The notes below the pieces were generated by a model. It ran no database searches. It saw nothing but the letters and a program-made list of their open reading frames with translations, and had not been told where the DNA came from. 64,000 bases of DNA, from assembly GCA_026418455.1 (NCBI GenBank), contig JAOABH010000007.1, positions 17,554 through 81,553 on the forward strand. The letters run 5' to 3'. The stretch is from Hydrogenothermaceae bacterium. GTDB lineage: Bacteria; Aquificota; Aquificia; Aquificales; Hydrogenothermaceae. This document shows positions 61,069 through 64,000 of this stretch, piece after piece (within the stretch, counting starts at the first letter, position 1; each line of letters begins with the position of its first letter). Position numbers and translations under genes: made by a program.

Positions 61069-62067
61069 TTACCCTGTGTTGTTCATAACAAGATATATAT
61101 AAACTATAAAAAAGGTTATACCGGAAGCAAATCCATAAGCAAAATACTTTCTGTTTATGTAAGATAAAGTTAAAACTAAGAAAGAAGAAGCTATTGCAAA
61201 TATACCTGATATCAATGCAAGTCCTGTTATATTCCACTCTGTAAACACTATACCGAAACTTACAGGAATAGTACTTTGAAATACCATAGCTCCGGCAACA
61301 TTACCTACTGCAAGAGTGTCTTTCTTCCTCCATACCCATGTAATACTGTTTATTTTCTCCGGAAGTTCCGTTGCTATGGGAGCAATAAGTAGAGAAAATA
61401 TAAGAGGGTTTAATCCAAACAGATAACTTATCTTCTCTATACCATGGACAAATACATGGGCTCCAACTACCATAATCACAAGGGAAACAACTACTTGGGT
61501 AACTATTATGAACATAGGTGGATGGGGATTTTTAGGTGCAAAGAAAAGATGCTCCGTTGCTTCCATATCCTCACTTTCACCTTTAAGTGTTTGGAAAACA
61601 TAAACCACATATAGAATTAATAAAAACAGAGCTGTTAAAATCCTTACAAAATGGCTTTCAAAGGGAACTACAAATAATGCTATTGAGTATGCAAAAAGAA
61701 AAAATGTTAAATCTCTTCTTAATCCTGTTGTTTCTGCATGTAAAGTTATACCTCTTTTACCTAAAAGATGACCAATGACAACAGTTAATCCTATTAGCGG
61801 AAAGGCAAGAGTGGCAAGCATGAATGGAGCACCTAATATAGCTCCAACACCTATATCATGTCCGGAATTTCCTGCAAAGAATATGATAGCAATAATTGGT
61901 ATAAGTGTCTCCGGAAGAGCTGTTCCAACAGCTGCCAAAACACTTCCGGTAAAGTTTTTAGATACACTCAATCTATGTCCTAAGGTCTCTATACCATTTG
62001 TGAAAAGTTCAGCTGCTATAAGGACAAATACTATCCCTACAACAAGGGAAACTATATCTATAATCAT
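61069..62067 (-). CDS. Ca2+/cation antiporter (CaCA/YrbG-like) membrane protein
   Basis: Two alpha-repeat motifs (GTALPET, ATELPEK). Confidence 0.8.
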   Translation of the reverse strand: MIIDIVSLVVGIVFVLIAAELFTNGIETLGHRLSVSKNFTGSVLAAVGTALPETLIPIIAIIFFAGNSGHDIGVGAILGAPFMLATLAFPLIGLTVVIGHLLGKRGITLHAETTGLRRDLTFFLFAYSIALFVVPFESHFVRILTALFLLILYVVYVFQTLKGESEDMEATEHLFFAPKNPHPPMFIIVTQVVVSLVIMVVGAHVFVHGIEKISYLFGLNPLIFSLLIAPIATELPEKINSITWVWRKKDTLAVGNVAGAMVFQSTIPVSFGIVFTEWNITGLALISGIFAIASSFLVLTLSYINRKYFAYGFASGITFFIVYIYLVMNNTG

Positions 62068-63752
62068 TGACCTTTCTCCATAAGTTTCTTCTTAAGAATC
62101 TCTCCTAATGTTCCAAGTCCTTCTTTGTTTTCCTCTGAAACTTTCTCTTCTTTCTTTGATAACTTCTCAAGAAGTTGTTTTTTCTTCTCTTCTTCCTGTT
62201 TTCTTTTCTCTTCTTCTGCTTTTGCCTTTTCTTGGTCAAGAATTAGCTGTTTTATACTTAGAATAACTCTCTTGTTATCTTTCTCTATCCTTATTATCTT
62301 TGCCTGACCTTTCTGATGTAAAGATAAGACATCACTCGGTATGTTTATTCTATCTTTAGATATCTCTGAAACAGGGATAAAACCTTCAACGGAGTTTCCA
62401 AGGTCAACTATAGCACCTTTCTCTATCAGTTTTTTAATTTCAAACTCTACGATATCTCCCACTTTATGTTTTGATATAAAGTTGTTAAAGCTGTCTTCTA
62501 ATATCTGTTTCAATCCTAAAACTATTTTATCTTTATCTTTCCCGAGAACTTTAAATTTATATATATGTCCCTCTTTAACTATGGAAGATATAGATTTTAT
62601 ATTTTTGTTATCTGTTGCATCTTCAAGTTTTAAAACTCCCTCAATATCTCCAAGATCAATAAATGCAACCTTCTGTTTTACATCTTTTACTTTTGCTTCA
62701 ACTATAGAACCTATTGGATTGTTTTCAAGGAACTTCTCAACTGGGTTAGGTGTTAACTCTTTTATGCTTAATCTTAATCTTCTTTTGTCTTTGTTTAACT
62801 CAATTATTTTGGCTTTAACAGTTTGTCCCACTTTGTAATTTTTCTTTGCTGATAGGTAGTTATAGTGGGCTATATGGCTGTTTGGAATAAAACCTTCAAT
62901 ACCTTCAATATCAACTACTATTCCATCTTTTCCAATCTCTTTTATCTTTCCTTCTACAACATCGTCAACATTTTTATTAAATTTATCCCATGGATTTTCC
63001 TGAAGTTTCTTTAAACTAAAGATAGGTTGTTTCTCTCTTATCTCTATAATCATAACATCTAATTCCTGACCTACTTGGAAGTCTTGAGGTTTTACTGATT
63101 TATCCCAAGATATTTCACTCTGTGGTAAAAAGCCACTTATTCTGTTATCTATTGATAAAACTAATCCTTTTTCCAGTATCTTTATAACCTTTGCTTTTAT
63201 AGTTTGACCTTCTTTAAGTAAAGAAAGGATTTTCTCTTTTTCTCTCTTTTTCTCTTCTTCTAAGATGGCTTTCCTTGAAATTACTATATTTACTCCTTTT
63301 TTTCTCTCTTCAAATTTTACAATTTTTCCCTCAAATGTATAACCTACAGGAAGCTCTTCTGAAGAAGCCGATTGGGATTTTGGCATAAATCCGGTAATAC
63401 CTTCTATATTGACTGTATAGCCTTTGTCTGAAGATGATACAACTGTAGCTTTTACAGGTGTATCTTTTTCAAAAGACTCTTTTAATTTATTTATCTTATC
63501 TTTAAGTAGTAGAGACCTTCTTGAAAGGATGAAGTAACCATCTTTTGTTCTTTTCCCAGTGAAGTATGCTTCTACTTCCTCTCCCTCTCTATATCCTTCA
63601 ACTTCTTGGACATTTAACACTGCTTCCACTTTCTGTCCTATATCTACAAAAGCTTCTTTATCTGTGATTTTTACTATCTTGCCTTTTATTAACTGGTTTT
63701 TTTCATAAAAGGTTGTTAATTCTTCTGAAACTGCTTTTTCAAACTCGTTCAT
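62064..63752 (-). CDS. rpsA: 30S ribosomal protein S1
   Basis: Repeated S1 OB modules (G.V..I...G..V.....EGF.P) and a K/E-rich tail. Confidence 0.9.
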   Translation of the reverse strand: MNEFEKAVSEELTTFYEKNQLIKGKIVKITDKEAFVDIGQKVEAVLNVQEVEGYREGEEVEAYFTGKRTKDGYFILSRRSLLLKDKINKLKESFEKDTPVKATVVSSSDKGYTVNIEGITGFMPKSQSASSEELPVGYTFEGKIVKFEERKKGVNIVISRKAILEEEKKREKEKILSLLKEGQTIKAKVIKILEKGLVLSIDNRISGFLPQSEISWDKSVKPQDFQVGQELDVMIIEIREKQPIFSLKKLQENPWDKFNKNVDDVVEGKIKEIGKDGIVVDIEGIEGFIPNSHIAHYNYLSAKKNYKVGQTVKAKIIELNKDKRRLRLSIKELTPNPVEKFLENNPIGSIVEAKVKDVKQKVAFIDLGDIEGVLKLEDATDNKNIKSISSIVKEGHIYKFKVLGKDKDKIVLGLKQILEDSFNNFISKHKVGDIVEFEIKKLIEKGAIVDLGNSVEGFIPVSEISKDRINIPSDVLSLHQKGQAKIIRIEKDNKRVILSIKQLILDQEKAKAEEEKRKQEEEKKKQLLEKLSKKEEKVSEENKEGLGTLGEILKKKLMEKGQ

Positions 63753-64000
63753 GGCTCACTCCTTTGATCTGTTTAATTTTTTCTACAACTTCGTTTATAA
63801 TCCGATCAGGTGTTGAGGCACCTGCAGATATTCCTATATTTTCTTTTCCTTCAAACCACTCTTCCTGAAGTTCCTCTGATGTTTCTATATGGTATGTGTT
63901 TGGATTTAATGCTTTTGATATCTGGGCTAACCTCTGTGTATTACCACTATGTTTCCCACCTATTATTATCATAACATCAACTGTTGGAGCAAGTTTCTTT
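63739..64000 (-). CDS. ispH: 4-hydroxy-3-methylbut-2-enyl diphosphate reductase (N-terminal part beyond window end)
   Basis: C-terminal IIGGKHSGNTQRLAQI...ISAGASTPD. The frame stays open to position 64000. 14-nt overlap with rpsA. Confidence 0.85.
   Translation of the reverse strand, partial: KKLAPTVDVMIIIGGKHSGNTQRLAQISKALNPNTYHIETSEELQEEWFEGKENIGISAGASTPDRIINEVVEKIKQIKGVSHERV

Overview
AT-rich (roughly one-third GC by eye) bacterial chromosome segment. The K/E/I-rich proteins suggest a thermophile of the Aquificae type (Sulfurihydrogenibium/Persephonella-like); this is an inference from protein style and gene content, not a search result. About 47 kb is ordinary, densely packed housekeeping DNA: dnaB, rplI-rpsR-ssb-rpsF, pth, rplY, rpmI-rplT-pheST, rny-ymdB, bioD, fabD, mgtE, era, truA, panC, ffh-rpsP, dapA, ribH-nusB, yajC, alaS, accA, rpsA, ispH. 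The accessory content is as follows. (1) A type II secretion (T2SS) island lies at about 32.6-50.0 kb, with gspC divergent from gspM-L-E-D-N-K-G, two minor pseudopilins and gspF. Three lipoproteins and an S8 protease sit between the pseudopilins and gspF. A MNT/HEPN toxin-antitoxin pair and an Rpn/YhgA-type putative transposase are inserted seamlessly into the operon. This island carries four homopolymer-linked frame breaks (gspC-, gspM-, gspL-like genes and the protease) and one in-frame TAG, whereas no housekeeping ORF in the window is broken. (2) A 4-repeat orphan CRISPR mini-array has a near-consensus promoter and no cas genes in the window. (3) A GC-rich structured RNA of about 190 nt lies between pheT and the 5-formyl-THF cyclo-ligase gene, which is the classic 6S RNA position. 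(4) There are three Rpn-family copies, one of them internally deleted. (5) An Rrf2-regulated membrane/cupin operon has a perfect 10-2-10 palindrome upstream. (6) A MoxR-DUF58-transglutaminase operon has a DUF58 gene with no canonical start codon. All functional calls come from reading the translations. No database search was possible.
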